A stretch of 20,000 bases of DNA from Toensbergia leucococca (lineage: Eukaryota). The DNA is taken from positions 57,064-77,063 of the forward strand of contig JALDZS010000109.1 of assembly GCA_022813965.1 (NCBI GenBank), read 5' to 3'. Shown in pieces: positions 1-8,848 of the stretch (position 1 is the stretch's first letter; every line of letters starts with the position of its first letter). A program made the position numbers and the translations under genes. The notes under the pieces are model-generated. The model worked only from the letters and a program-made list of their open reading frames with translations, searched no databases and was not told the DNA's origin.

Positions 1-380
1 GGATACTGAATCGAGACAGCGCAGTCGTTGGACACGGTAGCATTGAATGTATAATCTACGGCAATGGAGTAGTTGTGGCCGGCACAAGTATTCATGGTCT
101 GGGTGAGGGTGTCGCCGCTGGCGCCGCCGGAATAGGGGCCCGGATAGAGGATGGCGGTGAAAGCATATTGGCCGCCGTTGTGGGTGCTACCGGGGCTTGT
201 GAGTGCGTAGGTTGAGGCGCCGATGAAGGAGATGACGGTCCAGGAATTGCCTCCGGAGGTTGGAGGGGTTTTGCCGGACTCGAAGCCGCCGTCTTTGATG
301 ACGGAGCCTGTAGGGCAGGAAGTGGTGGGATTGGCAAGAGTGAGGGCAATGAGTGGAGAGAGGACTAGTGCGAAACGCAT
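1..380 (-). CDS. Secreted protein with CBM4/9-like (galactose-binding-domain-like) beta-sandwich signature; 3' end runs off the window
   Basis: Not in the ORF track. ATG at 380 opens an uninterrupted frame to position 1: MRFALVLSPLIALTLANPTTSCPTGSVIKDGGFESGKTPPTSGGNSWTVISFIG...GGQYAFTAILYPGP...GDTLTQTMNTCAGHNYSIAVDYTFNATVSNDCAVSIQY. It has a signal-peptide-like N-terminus, a DGGFES...W motif and an LTQT...G.NY.I.V.Y motif. Confidence 0.85.
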   Translation of the reverse strand, partial: MRFALVLSPLIALTLANPTTSCPTGSVIKDGGFESGKTPPTSGGNSWTVISFIGASTYALTSPGSTHNGGQYAFTAILYPGPYSGGASGDTLTQTMNTCAGHNYSIAVDYTFNATVSNDCAVSIQY

Positions 381-462
381 CTTTGATAGGGAGAATTCAG
401 ATACAGATGCTAGATAAATGTAAGATGACGGTGTGGTTTAATTTGTATTCGAGGCACCTGAA

Positions 463-489
463 GAGAGCTTGGAGAGCTTGGAGAGCTTG
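463..489. repeat. 9-bp tandem repeat (GAGAGCTTG)x3 upstream of the secreted-protein ATG
   Basis: Exact copies at 463-471, 472-480 and 481-489. Confidence 0.9.
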
Positions 490-932
490 GGTAAACTTGT
501 GAGTCGTGAGGATGGCAAGCCCGTCTTGTCTTCTTTAAATGAATCTTCGGAAAGCCAATGCTGCTGATCCCGTTGTATTTTGGACGCATGGCCGGAACAT
601 TAGGTGGGAAACAAGGGTTTGACTCTGTAATTCGAGCTATTTTCGCTCAATAGACCAGAAGCTTGGGACTGATGAGGCTTGACTAGTAACGGTTGTCCGT
701 TCCAATCAAACTCAGACCGGAGTACAGAGGTTGGATTACAGACGTTGAGTAGGGGGTCAGCTTAACTTCGATGCACCGATGCACTATATCATTCGTCAGC
801 TTTATGCAGCTGCTGCCTAAACTGTCTAAAGAAGCACCTCAAAGACATTGTCACACCGTACCAATGCATCAACGCCATGGAGTACTTAAGGAGGCTGAGG
901 GAGTAGTAGTCGTTAAAAATAGGCGAAAATGA

Positions 933-1746
933 TTAGACATTTTGCTCCGCCTCCACATCTTTGGTCTTGGCCTCATTCTCCGAAGCCAATTGGAGGTAAT
1001 TGGCCGGACTCCAGTTGATATCAAGGACTTTCCGCTTCTTGGCGAGTCTCTAAGTATTCAGTAAAGGTTTTGCCGCATGATTCTCATTAATCAATGTACT
1101 TCTTCCATTTTCTCGGGCAGGTGTGCAAGGTATTCTCATGCACTCGAGTGGCATGACTAGGTATTGTCTTGATGATTCTGAGACATGCGCTTTCATAATC
1201 CTTCTCACTAATGACTCGACTAGACACAGGAGCAGCTGTCACTTCCGCTGTGGAGGTCGTAATTTCTTCGTCTTGTCCCACAAAGGATCGTCGATGGGTT
1301 TCACTCATTATCAACTAGGACCGCATGACATAAGACTAACCCATACCATGCATTCGCTGCCGTTATTGATCGATCCCAAAGAGCTCGGATTTCCGTTTTT
1401 TCAGTGAGGACAAAAAGTGCATCGATGATGACTATTTCATGTGTCTTTTAGACTCAGCGGACTCAGGCATCTCTGCTCGTCTGTATCTACCGCTTTCCTG
1501 AGTATGTGAGATGATTCTTTTGGCTTTGCGGGAAATAGATGAGTACGTCTGAGGATATTGTACACTTTCATTTCGTAGCAGTGACGAGTTGCTTGTAATG
1601 GTGAAGATGTCAAAACAGACTTTGCTGCTATGGGATAGGGGAGGATCTGCTTGTCGCACACGGAGCGGAGAAGTTTCAATGTAAGTGACACGTTGAATGG
1701 ATTTGGCACCGAGACTTTTTGATTTGCTTCTGTGTGCTTGAATCAC
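933..1746 (-). pseudogene. Possible decayed gene of unknown family
   Basis: Protein-like frames interrupted by stops: ...ESKRHMK*SSSMHFLSSLKKRKSELFGIDQ*RQRMH, a possible GTATGG intron, then KPIDDPLWDKTKKLRPPQRK*QLL...KPLLNT*RLAKKRKVLDINWSPANYLQLASENEAKTKDVEAEQNV*. No recognisable domain. Confidence 0.3.
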
Positions 1747-2056
1747 CGAGTGATGTAACCGACAGCTATGTTGATTGTAAAAGTATTTCTACTAAACAGA
1801 GTTCACCCCTTGATGGGGTTGTCTTTCGCCACTGAAATGGGACATCTGTTTGAGTCAAGTACCCTGACTATGTCTTGATGTCGGCAGTGTTTAGTGGACC
1901 TGCAAAATCGCCCTTGAACGAAAAACGCCATGCTTGCAGTATGGCATCGTTCCCTAGAACCCGAGTGAACCTTTTCCCTCGACACCCAAAGATGTCCTCT
2001 TAGACTTTACATGCATAATCAGGACAACGCCATCTTGATTCTACGGGAATATTTTC

Positions 2057-3970
2057 TCATCGCTCCATCGTTGCCGTGTCATTCATATTTACCGCTTTTG
2101 AGCCCATTGGCCCCTGCGAGATTCGCTGCGCAATAGTTGCTACGGCGTCATGCAACTGGTCATGCTCCGCAGCTATTTCGATCAACTTCCGATGCAAAAG
2201 CTTCAGCACGTCGAACTTCGCCATACCAATACGATAAGCCGTGCTTGCTGTGTCTCCTACTGCCATAGGAAGGTAAGTGGCAGGCTGCAACAGATATGGG
2301 AGTACAGCTTCGATGGCAGGACTTGTTAGAATGGCCAAAACCCCAGAACTTGGCATTTGCTGTTCGTCACAGTGACACTTGTCGACTAATTCTAGTTCTG
2401 TTGGCAAGGTGTAAGGGGTATCTATTGAGCGGCCAGGGGAGCCACTTGACAAAGGGCCCCATTGTGCAGCAATGACCGTCTTCATCAAGTTGATTGCAGC
2501 CAAAGCATTCTCCTCAAGTGCAGAAATCTCAGCCGCATTCACAACATCGGTCCATAGCATTGGATATCGCTCCAGATAAAGATAGTACAGAACGCGTGCT
2601 GCCGCTTTATTATTCTTCATTATTTCCGCATTCTTATGGGCCATCGTTTCGACGAGCTTTGAACCCACTTCAAAGACATCACCGAAAACAGATGCTAAGA
2701 CATTGAAAGCATCTGCACTATGTGGCTTTGCTGGAATCAAGAAAAATGGTGAATCACCGTGTTGATTTGGAAGCAGTGCCACGCGAGGCATAGAAGTTAG
2801 AACGTGAAGATCGTGCTTAGGAGTTTGGCCTTGCGACCAAGAGGCTGTCGAGACTCTTCCAAGTACGTCCGAGAGACGTGACAGTATGACGCTTGGTACT
2901 GATGGCGATGTGTACAAGAGATGATATGGAAAACGGGAACAGTAAACCGAGACATAATGAGCAGAGCGGCTATAGAGAAAAGCCATGTCCAAGGAGCTGT
3001 ACTTGGATGGCTCCAAGTAAAACGACATGGAACGAGAGTGAAGCCCTTTTAATATGAGGAATTCTAGGTGACGCGAATGGAGCTGCCCGCTGGTCGAGGG
3101 AAAGCCCATAATTGCCACGAAAAAGTCAATGAGTGTCATATGCATGAGGACATCGTTGTTATAATCGACCATGTGCACAGCAGCGAATTCTATAAGTCCA
3201 CCACTCCCAACTTGGTATATTTGTTCGATCTCCGGGAATTGTGATGTTCTCACAAGCTCGCAGTCTATTTTTGGTAAGAAGTCCAGGAGTCTGCTCTGTG
3301 CAATAGTTTTGTCCCTTTTGCTTAGCTGGCCACTATTGGTGCCTGGCGTGGAAATGCTGCACAAAGCGAGGATGGATCCATATATGTTCTTATCTCGAAA
3401 CAGTCTTCTCCACATCAGACCGTCCCATAATTGCTGTTTCCCATTGACTTTTTGTTCTTGGGGATTCATTGAGAGTTCAGTACTCGCCATGAGCAAGCCG
3501 ATTATCACATCTTGGGCTTTTGAGGCAACAGTAGTGTCGGATGTACATAACCATAGTCTGACGAGGGCAGCCACTACTAAAGGCCAACTAGCGACTACCT
3601 CGGCATCGCCCAAATTTGAGCATGCCTTTTCAAGAAGGCACAGAGCAACGAGGTTGATGGAAGAAGACTGAGCTCGAAAGCCAGCTTCGAAATCAATAGG
3701 TGGTCGTATGTTGAGAATGCGCTGGAAGTCATAGTTCGCAGGACGGACTAGGCTTTCGACAAGTGCTGTGGCAGGCGCTGGGTCCTGTTGTAGAGTTGGA
3801 AGAAGTTCTGAGAGTTGATTAATCAGACCATCCCGTACAGCTTCTCCTAAAGCATCCGTGATTAGCCCGTCGAGGGTAAGTAGTAGATTCTGATTCAGGG
3901 GCTTGGTAGGATCTTCCTTCACTTCTTCCAGATGGCTTTGCACTTTGGTTAGCAGGTCAGGATTCGCCAT
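2057..3970 (-). CDS. Hsm3/PSMD5(S5b)-like ARM-repeat 19S proteasome assembly chaperone (fungal HSM3 N-terminal domain family), 637 aa, single exon
   Basis: Long intact, helical Leu-rich ORF. The motifs TLQQDP, LWLCTSDTTVA, LMWRRLFRDKNIYGSILALCS, SKRDKTIAQSRLLDFLP and VDYNNDVLMHMTLIDFF resemble Pezizomycotina HSM3-domain proteins as I recall them. Confidence 0.7.
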   Translation of the reverse strand: MANPDLLTKVQSHLEEVKEDPTKPLNQNLLLTLDGLITDALGEAVRDGLINQLSELLPTLQQDPAPATALVESLVRPANYDFQRILNIRPPIDFEAGFRAQSSSINLVALCLLEKACSNLGDAEVVASWPLVVAALVRLWLCTSDTTVASKAQDVIIGLLMASTELSMNPQEQKVNGKQQLWDGLMWRRLFRDKNIYGSILALCSISTPGTNSGQLSKRDKTIAQSRLLDFLPKIDCELVRTSQFPEIEQIYQVGSGGLIEFAAVHMVDYNNDVLMHMTLIDFFVAIMGFPSTSGQLHSRHLEFLILKGLHSRSMSFYLEPSKYSSLDMAFLYSRSAHYVSVYCSRFPYHLLYTSPSVPSVILSRLSDVLGRVSTASWSQGQTPKHDLHVLTSMPRVALLPNQHGDSPFFLIPAKPHSADAFNVLASVFGDVFEVGSKLVETMAHKNAEIMKNNKAAARVLYYLYLERYPMLWTDVVNAAEISALEENALAAINLMKTVIAAQWGPLSSGSPGRSIDTPYTLPTELELVDKCHCDEQQMPSSGVLAILTSPAIEAVLPYLLQPATYLPMAVGDTASTAYRIGMAKFDVLKLLHRKLIEIAAEHDQLHDAVATIAQRISQGPMGSKAVNMNDTATMER

Positions 3971-4292
3971 ACTCGTAGCGGTGTTGATGGGAGTAAGTAG
4001 AAGGTGACGCGTTTGCGCCGGAAAGTCCGTGATTAATGTAATAAATTACCGGGCTAAACCCCGCTCTTCATAGAATACCTTAAGATACCTGTGGGCGGCG
4101 CGCGACAGGCTCGTAGGTTCAATTCGTGACCCACCACAAAATCATAGAAAGGTATCCACGCAATCGAGGAATCCCATCATCCTTCTCAAGTCGGTGCTTT
4201 TAGTGTCCGAGAAGAAGATGATAATCCTTCACTGCCACTCTGTTCAGGCTATTTTCTCAGGTTGGGATCTATTGTCGTGCTCGTGACCTTCA
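3971..4292. promoter_or_regulatory. 322-bp bidirectional promoter region between the Hsm3-like gene and RPC31
   Basis: Head-to-head ATGs at 3970 (-) and 4293 (+). Contains ACGCGT (4007-4012) and CGG-N8-CCG (4050-4063). Confidence 0.65.
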
Positions 4293-5210
4293 ATGTCTCG
4301 TGGTCGCGGTGAAGCTGGGCGTGGAGGAGCCCGCGGGGAGAGCTACAGAATTGCTGGCTTTGATCTGCCTTGGGATCCCGATCTTGCTATTGACGACCCA
4401 AAGCCAACACCTTTGTATCCTGTGAGTTGTTTCCCACATAGCTCATGAAACGTTGAATATCACCAGTCACTGGAACATGGCATTGAACTCTTGAACGAAT
4501 ATGAACCATGGAGCCTCGGACCTGGTCCATTGAGCTGAACCTCGTCCAGAAATACAAAGCCCCCCAGCCAGCACCGCTAAGCAAGGACGAAAAAACACAT
4601 GTAGCCCGCTTCCGATCACTACGAACAAGCATTCACGAAGGACCTCTCTATACCGTGTTAGGCAGTAGCGCACGAGTCAGCAAGACTACGACATCATTAA
4701 CTGCCCAATTCGATGCGTTCGAGGGAATGCCAACCTACAGCCAAAAGTATGCGAAGAAACGTCGAAGAATACCGAAACTCGACACAAGACCTTATGGTAG
4801 GTAGCTTTTGTTCAACAAATGGGACATTGAGGCTCATTGCTGCGATAGTTTTCAAATTCTTCCCTAAAGAGCTTTGGTCCACGCTTGACCCTACGCATGC
4901 TATGTCGAACGGCGTTGATGGAAGTATGAAAGGAAAAAAACTCCAGCTATCGGACTCCAAAAAAGCAGATGGCCAAGCATCTGGACGTTCTAAAGGTGCA
5001 GTAGATCAGCTTGCTAACGGGGACGAAGATGATGAAATGGCCGAACATCCTGCAGATGAGGATGCACAATTGGATGAAGATGTCGATGATGAATATGATG
5101 AAGATGAAGACGAAGGTGGAGATTATGATGCTGAAGCTTATTTCGATGATGGTGGGGATGACGTTGGTGAGGACTACGATGCAGGTGAAGCCGATGGAGG
5201 GGAGTATTAA
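4293..5210 (+). CDS. RPC31: DNA-directed RNA polymerase III subunit C31 (RPC7/POLR3G family), 245 aa; exons 4293-4421, 4550-4796, 4849-5210
   Basis: The spliced frame is continuous: RG-rich start MSRGRGEAGRGGARG, PKPTPLYP|KYKAP, IHEGPLYTVLG, FDAFEGMPTYSQKYAKKRRRIPKLDTRPY|VFKFFPKELW, and an acidic tail with DYDAEAYFDDGGDD. Introns are GTGAGT..CAG (4422-4549) and GTAGGT..TAG (4797-4848); total CDS 738 nt. Confidence 0.93.
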
Positions 5211-5277
5211 TTGCTGTTGCCAAATCTGCATTCAGTCCTGCGATCAGATTCGCACCCGATCCCTCTGGCGCACGGGT

Positions 5278-6120
5278 TCAACTTAGATACATTTTCAGGA
5301 TACGTTTGCTGAGAGTCTCCGCCCAGTGTCTCCTGAGACCCTCGGCATCTTTGACGGCGCCTCCAGAAACCCTCGCTGTTTTCGAACCGCCCAGGTTCCT
5401 GCTCGACACAGTATCCAGCCGGTTTTCGGAATGAATGGCTGTAGAATTCTGATGACAGTCTTGGTGGCCAGCATCCTCAGCCGCACTTTTCTGGTGTTCA
5501 TCTGCCTGGCCATATATCCTTACAGCCGCCACATTCCAGTCAATGTTTTCTTCTACGAATATCATCAACCTGCCTGCCTCTTCCCTCGTCAAAGCTTTGA
5601 AACTGCCGTTCTTCGACTGGTTCGCTCCGGCCGCCCCGTCCATCGCAGCCCGAGCGACCAATTTCAGGTCATCCCTGTCCAGCCTCTGTGCCTTCTTCCT
5701 AACCGATCCTTTCGTCGTCTTCCTAGGCCTCTTCCTCTTTGTATTAACCTTGTCTCTTATCCCACGTAAGCTTGATTCATCAATGAATGCATCACTTTCG
5801 CCGTCGCTTCTTTCGCCGTTGTTATCAGAGATCATATCATCAATCACTATATCATTCGTTGCCAACACGCCGTCCATATTTGACAGTACATCTCTCTCGT
5901 CCGTGTCGTTAGGTATTATTAGTGGAGCGTAGGCTGCAGAGAAAGAGTTGAGAGCTTTGGTCGCTGCTTGACGCTGTGGAAGACGTCGCGTGAGACTCTG
6001 GGTTGAATGGGACTGTGAAAAGGATGCTACCTCACTCTCAGAAGGCTTAAGTGGGCAAGAAGAGTCAAGTCGTTGCATTGGATTTGGGGAGCCAGACGTC
6101 GCCTCAATAGTGATATTCAT
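5278..6120 (-). CDS. Putative nuclear protein (280 aa from the ATG at 6120) with a basic NLS-like tract and a Myb/SANT-like C-terminal helical motif
   Basis: Intact ORF with KRKRPRKTTKGSVRKKAQR and LTREEAGRLMIFVEENIDWNVAA...LRRHWAETLSKRILKMY. The true start is uncertain because of an upstream intron. Confidence 0.6.
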   Translation of the reverse strand: MNITIEATSGSPNPMQRLDSSCPLKPSESEVASFSQSHSTQSLTRRLPQRQAATKALNSFSAAYAPLIIPNDTDERDVLSNMDGVLATNDIVIDDMISDNNGERSDGESDAFIDESSLRGIRDKVNTKRKRPRKTTKGSVRKKAQRLDRDDLKLVARAAMDGAAGANQSKNGSFKALTREEAGRLMIFVEENIDWNVAAVRIYGQADEHQKSAAEDAGHQDCHQNSTAIHSENRLDTVSSRNLGGSKTARVSGGAVKDAEGLRRHWAETLSKRILKMYLS

Positions 6121-6284
6121 AATTTGTGCGGCTGGTCGCCTCAAAATTTTTCGAGCTTCCTTCGAATTAGCGAATTGTTTTTGAGAAGCATTGAAGGATG
6201 TTGGAAAGCAAAATTATCCCCTTGAGGTTTTTGAAGCTGACCAAAGCCAATCAACACTTCTACTCCCAATCCATCTAACAAAGA

Positions 6285-6358
6285 CTATACAAAGCGCGGT
6301 CAGGACCATCAATGCAGCCAGGCTCAACGCAGCCGAGCCAAATGCACAATTAACGTAC
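6285..6358 (-). other. Spliceosomal intron upstream of the 5278-6120 ORF (5' UTR or former coding exon junction)
   Basis: AG|GTACGT donor at 6358, CTGAC branch site, TATAG acceptor at 6285; 74 nt. A TATATAA box lies on the minus strand near 6706-6712. Confidence 0.55.
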
Positions 6359-6772
6359 CTAAGCCTATTGAAGCATTTTCCGTTTCAAGGGGTCTTGCAT
6401 ACAATACCTCCTTTAACATGGATCGTTTCTACCGATCTACACTCAACACAAACATCATTACTCCCTTTGGAGGCAATCGAAGAGGAGAGTAGCCGTCTTT
6501 GATTCACAGCAATACAAACGCCACTCTCGTCTTTGGAGCTGAAATGTCTCAATGCGCTGTCTTTCCTCAAAGTCATGCCATTTTCTCCAAGCCTCGGCAT
6601 TCTTGAGGGCGTACCTTTGTCTAGACTGTTTGCCCCAGATGTCACTCATGGTAGACGTTTCTAATCGGTTTAACATAGGCAATCATACACATACTCAAAA
6701 CTCTATTATATAAAACGGAATATCTTACTATTGCTCTTTTTACTAGAGCGTCGGAGTTACAGCCCTAGATCC

Positions 6773-7408
6773 TCAAGGAAACGCGTTGCAATAGAGCAAA
6801 ACCCATGCATTCAAGGCCTCATGCATCATTTTCTTTACCCCAGACTCTATAGCAAGTAGGTGGGATTCTATGGTAAACGTTCCTTTGAACAGAGAGTCCG
6901 TGATTTCTTCCGCGGATCTGCGGCAACAGCAACACTCACATGTACCTAACGGATCAACGTGCTCATTGACGGGTCTGTGCATCTGATCAAGCAGGGAGAA
7001 ACAGATTCAACGACAGATTCAATGGAAGTCTTCAACGAATTCCGGTTTCAAATCACACTTGAACCTTACAAAGTATTCAATGAGAGCAGTCTTGGACGCG
7101 TCCTAGCTGACAAGGAAAACGCCTGTGGTATAGAAACAATCTTTTACCACCCAATGGAGGTCATCCCAGGTTGTGGATATTATTATTTTCAACGGTGATC
7201 CAGGAGAAAGCAGAGCTGGGTATTGTTCAGGAATGTAACGGGTGGTGGACAAAGGAAATAAGAAGAAGACAATAATTTTGTTCGGAGGGTGAGTAAAGAA
7301 GGCGAAAACAAGATCAGACGAGACAATGAATAGTGTTTTCCAATGCCTGCTCGCTATATTCGCTAACCTGAATTTAAGTAAAGAGCGCTTAAAAAAGCAT
7401 GTCTGATC
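6773..7408 (-). pseudogene. Probable decayed gene, family unknown
   Basis: A 212-codon frame with only three internal stops (TAG 7103-7105, TGA 7019-7021, TGA 7007-7009). The two TGAs lie in a 12-bp-period duplication of ACAGATTCAA. It reads ...STTWDDLHWVVKDCFYTTGVFLVS*DASKTALIEYFVRFKCDLKPEFVEDFH*ICR*ICFSLLDQMHRP...CECCCCRRSAEEI... Confidence 0.35.
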
Positions 7409-7891
7409 TTACTTATCTATTCGATCTAGCAATATTGACCAATTCAGCCTGCAATAAGGGCGAGACATGATTTTCCCCTATGCATCTGCTCAAGTCTCCG
7501 TCGTTTACTCACACGTTTTTTTCTTCTCTGAACTTACTGTGATTCAATGAGGTATCTGTCTAGTTTTTCTTTTCATCCTCCACTAGGCATTCGAGTTCAA
7601 TGCACCAAGTCATTTTCTTTTCTCAACCCCCTTTTCCACTTGCTACTAGACCTCTCGTACATCCAGATCCGACATATGATTTTTGCAATTGGCTGCGGAT
7701 GTCACATCTCGAAATGAAGCCTGGGAAAAGAAACGGGTATTAATTGGATTGTCTGTGAACCTCCAGTAGCATTCTGAAGATCGCCCGCATCAAATAATCC
7801 AAAAGATTTACAATCTCTTCTCGCTCTTAAAGACAAACTTACGCAAATCCCCACATGTGTCAAATATTCATATAACAAGAGAAGGCTAAGC

Positions 7892-8422
7892 TTAAGCTAA
7901 GTCCTGTCGCCTCTGCTCAAGATATTCTGCCAACTTAGCCACCCTCTCGCGATCTTCCCCGCGAGGATCATTTTCCTCGATTAAGAAATAGCCAGCCAGG
8001 AGTTTATATATCTCCCGATCTGCAAAATATATACCCTGTTGATCAGGCGTTGAATTCACCGGTCCTCCTGAGAGGTGCATCATCAGGACGTTGGATTTTG
8101 ACTATCTTTAGCGCTGATAGAACCGAGCAAAAGTAGTAGGCAATAGCATAGATTCGAGCATAGCAGATGAGCCACTCCAAATGAATTGTGATGTACTCCA
8201 CTGCCGGAAAACGCCGCGAGCGAGGAACCTAGATAACCGTGTCTCGGCATCATTGACAGACCACGCAAAAGTAATCAGCAATTATGAAAAAGGCCAAGCA
8301 AAAAGATCTGCAGCCTCATATCTAACCTCATCAAAGCAGATCTTGAATGAGAGATTCATGATGAAGATCTTGTTGATAGCATGATGATAACAGCGTATGA
8401 GCTTGGAGGACTTTGATGTTTT
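7892..8422 (-). pseudogene. Probable decayed gene, weakly resembling F-box-associated/DUF7730-type fungal proteins
   Basis: A 177-codon frame with 3 internal stops: MNLSFKICFDEVRYEAADLFAWPFS*LLITFAWSVNDAETRLSRFLA. A shifted frame reads RRFPAVEYITIHLEWL...LSALKIVKI, and the C-terminus is DREIYKLLAGYFLIEENDPRGEDRERVAKLAEYLEQRRQDLA. Confidence 0.4.
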
Positions 8423-8708
8423 TCAAGATGCAAAACTGCTCGGGAGTGTTGAATATATAATTCATATACCCGTCTTTCAATATGTTCTTGGTTCAATACT
8501 CTATACATCATTTTTGTTCACCACACTTGCGCTGTATGTATATAGATACTTGAGAGAACAACATTCAGATATTAAGAATTGATATTGAATATTGAATCAT
8601 GTATAACATGATATAGTTTACTGAATAATAAGAAAAGTCTTCAGATTATTAAAACGCTTGCAACACATAAACTCTTACTTTGACAAGGATCCTTTTTGAA
8701 AAATTCCC

Positions 8709-8732
8709 GAAGAAGAAGAAGAAGAAGAAGAA
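8709..8732. repeat. (GAA)8 microsatellite downstream of the RING gene
   Basis: Eight perfect GAA units, followed by GTAGAAGTAGA. Confidence 0.9.
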
Positions 8733-8848
8733 GTAGAAGTAGACTTATTCTATTAAAACCGTACGAGAAGCAAGCAACAGCTCAATCCAAAAAAAAAGGC
8801 AAAAAAGATACGCACCTATCCCCAAAATTCCCTCAAACCACCCCCCCA

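Noticed and set aside
2494..3671. Plus-strand ORFs 2494-2706 and 3171-3671 (and similar ORFs at 5326-5932, 8696-9575, 10617-11051, 16773-17751, 19227-19886)
   Set aside because: Antisense shadows of well-supported minus-strand frames, with no recognisable motifs.
4422..4549. Box C/D or H/ACA snoRNA in RPC31 intron 1
   Set aside because: No RTGATGA box C at the 5' stem and no clear H/ACA architecture; kept only as a structured-intron observation.
4947..5286. His-rich, Ile/Phe-rich and Met-rich ORFs
   Set aside because: Alternative-frame readings of the GAT/GAA-rich acidic tail of RPC31.
6140..6215. FAFQHPSMLLKNNSLIRRK on the minus strand, resembling the end of an HSF DNA-binding domain
   Set aside because: Out of frame with the main ORF, ends at a stop, and no FVRQLN.Y.F core is present in the same frame; probably chance.
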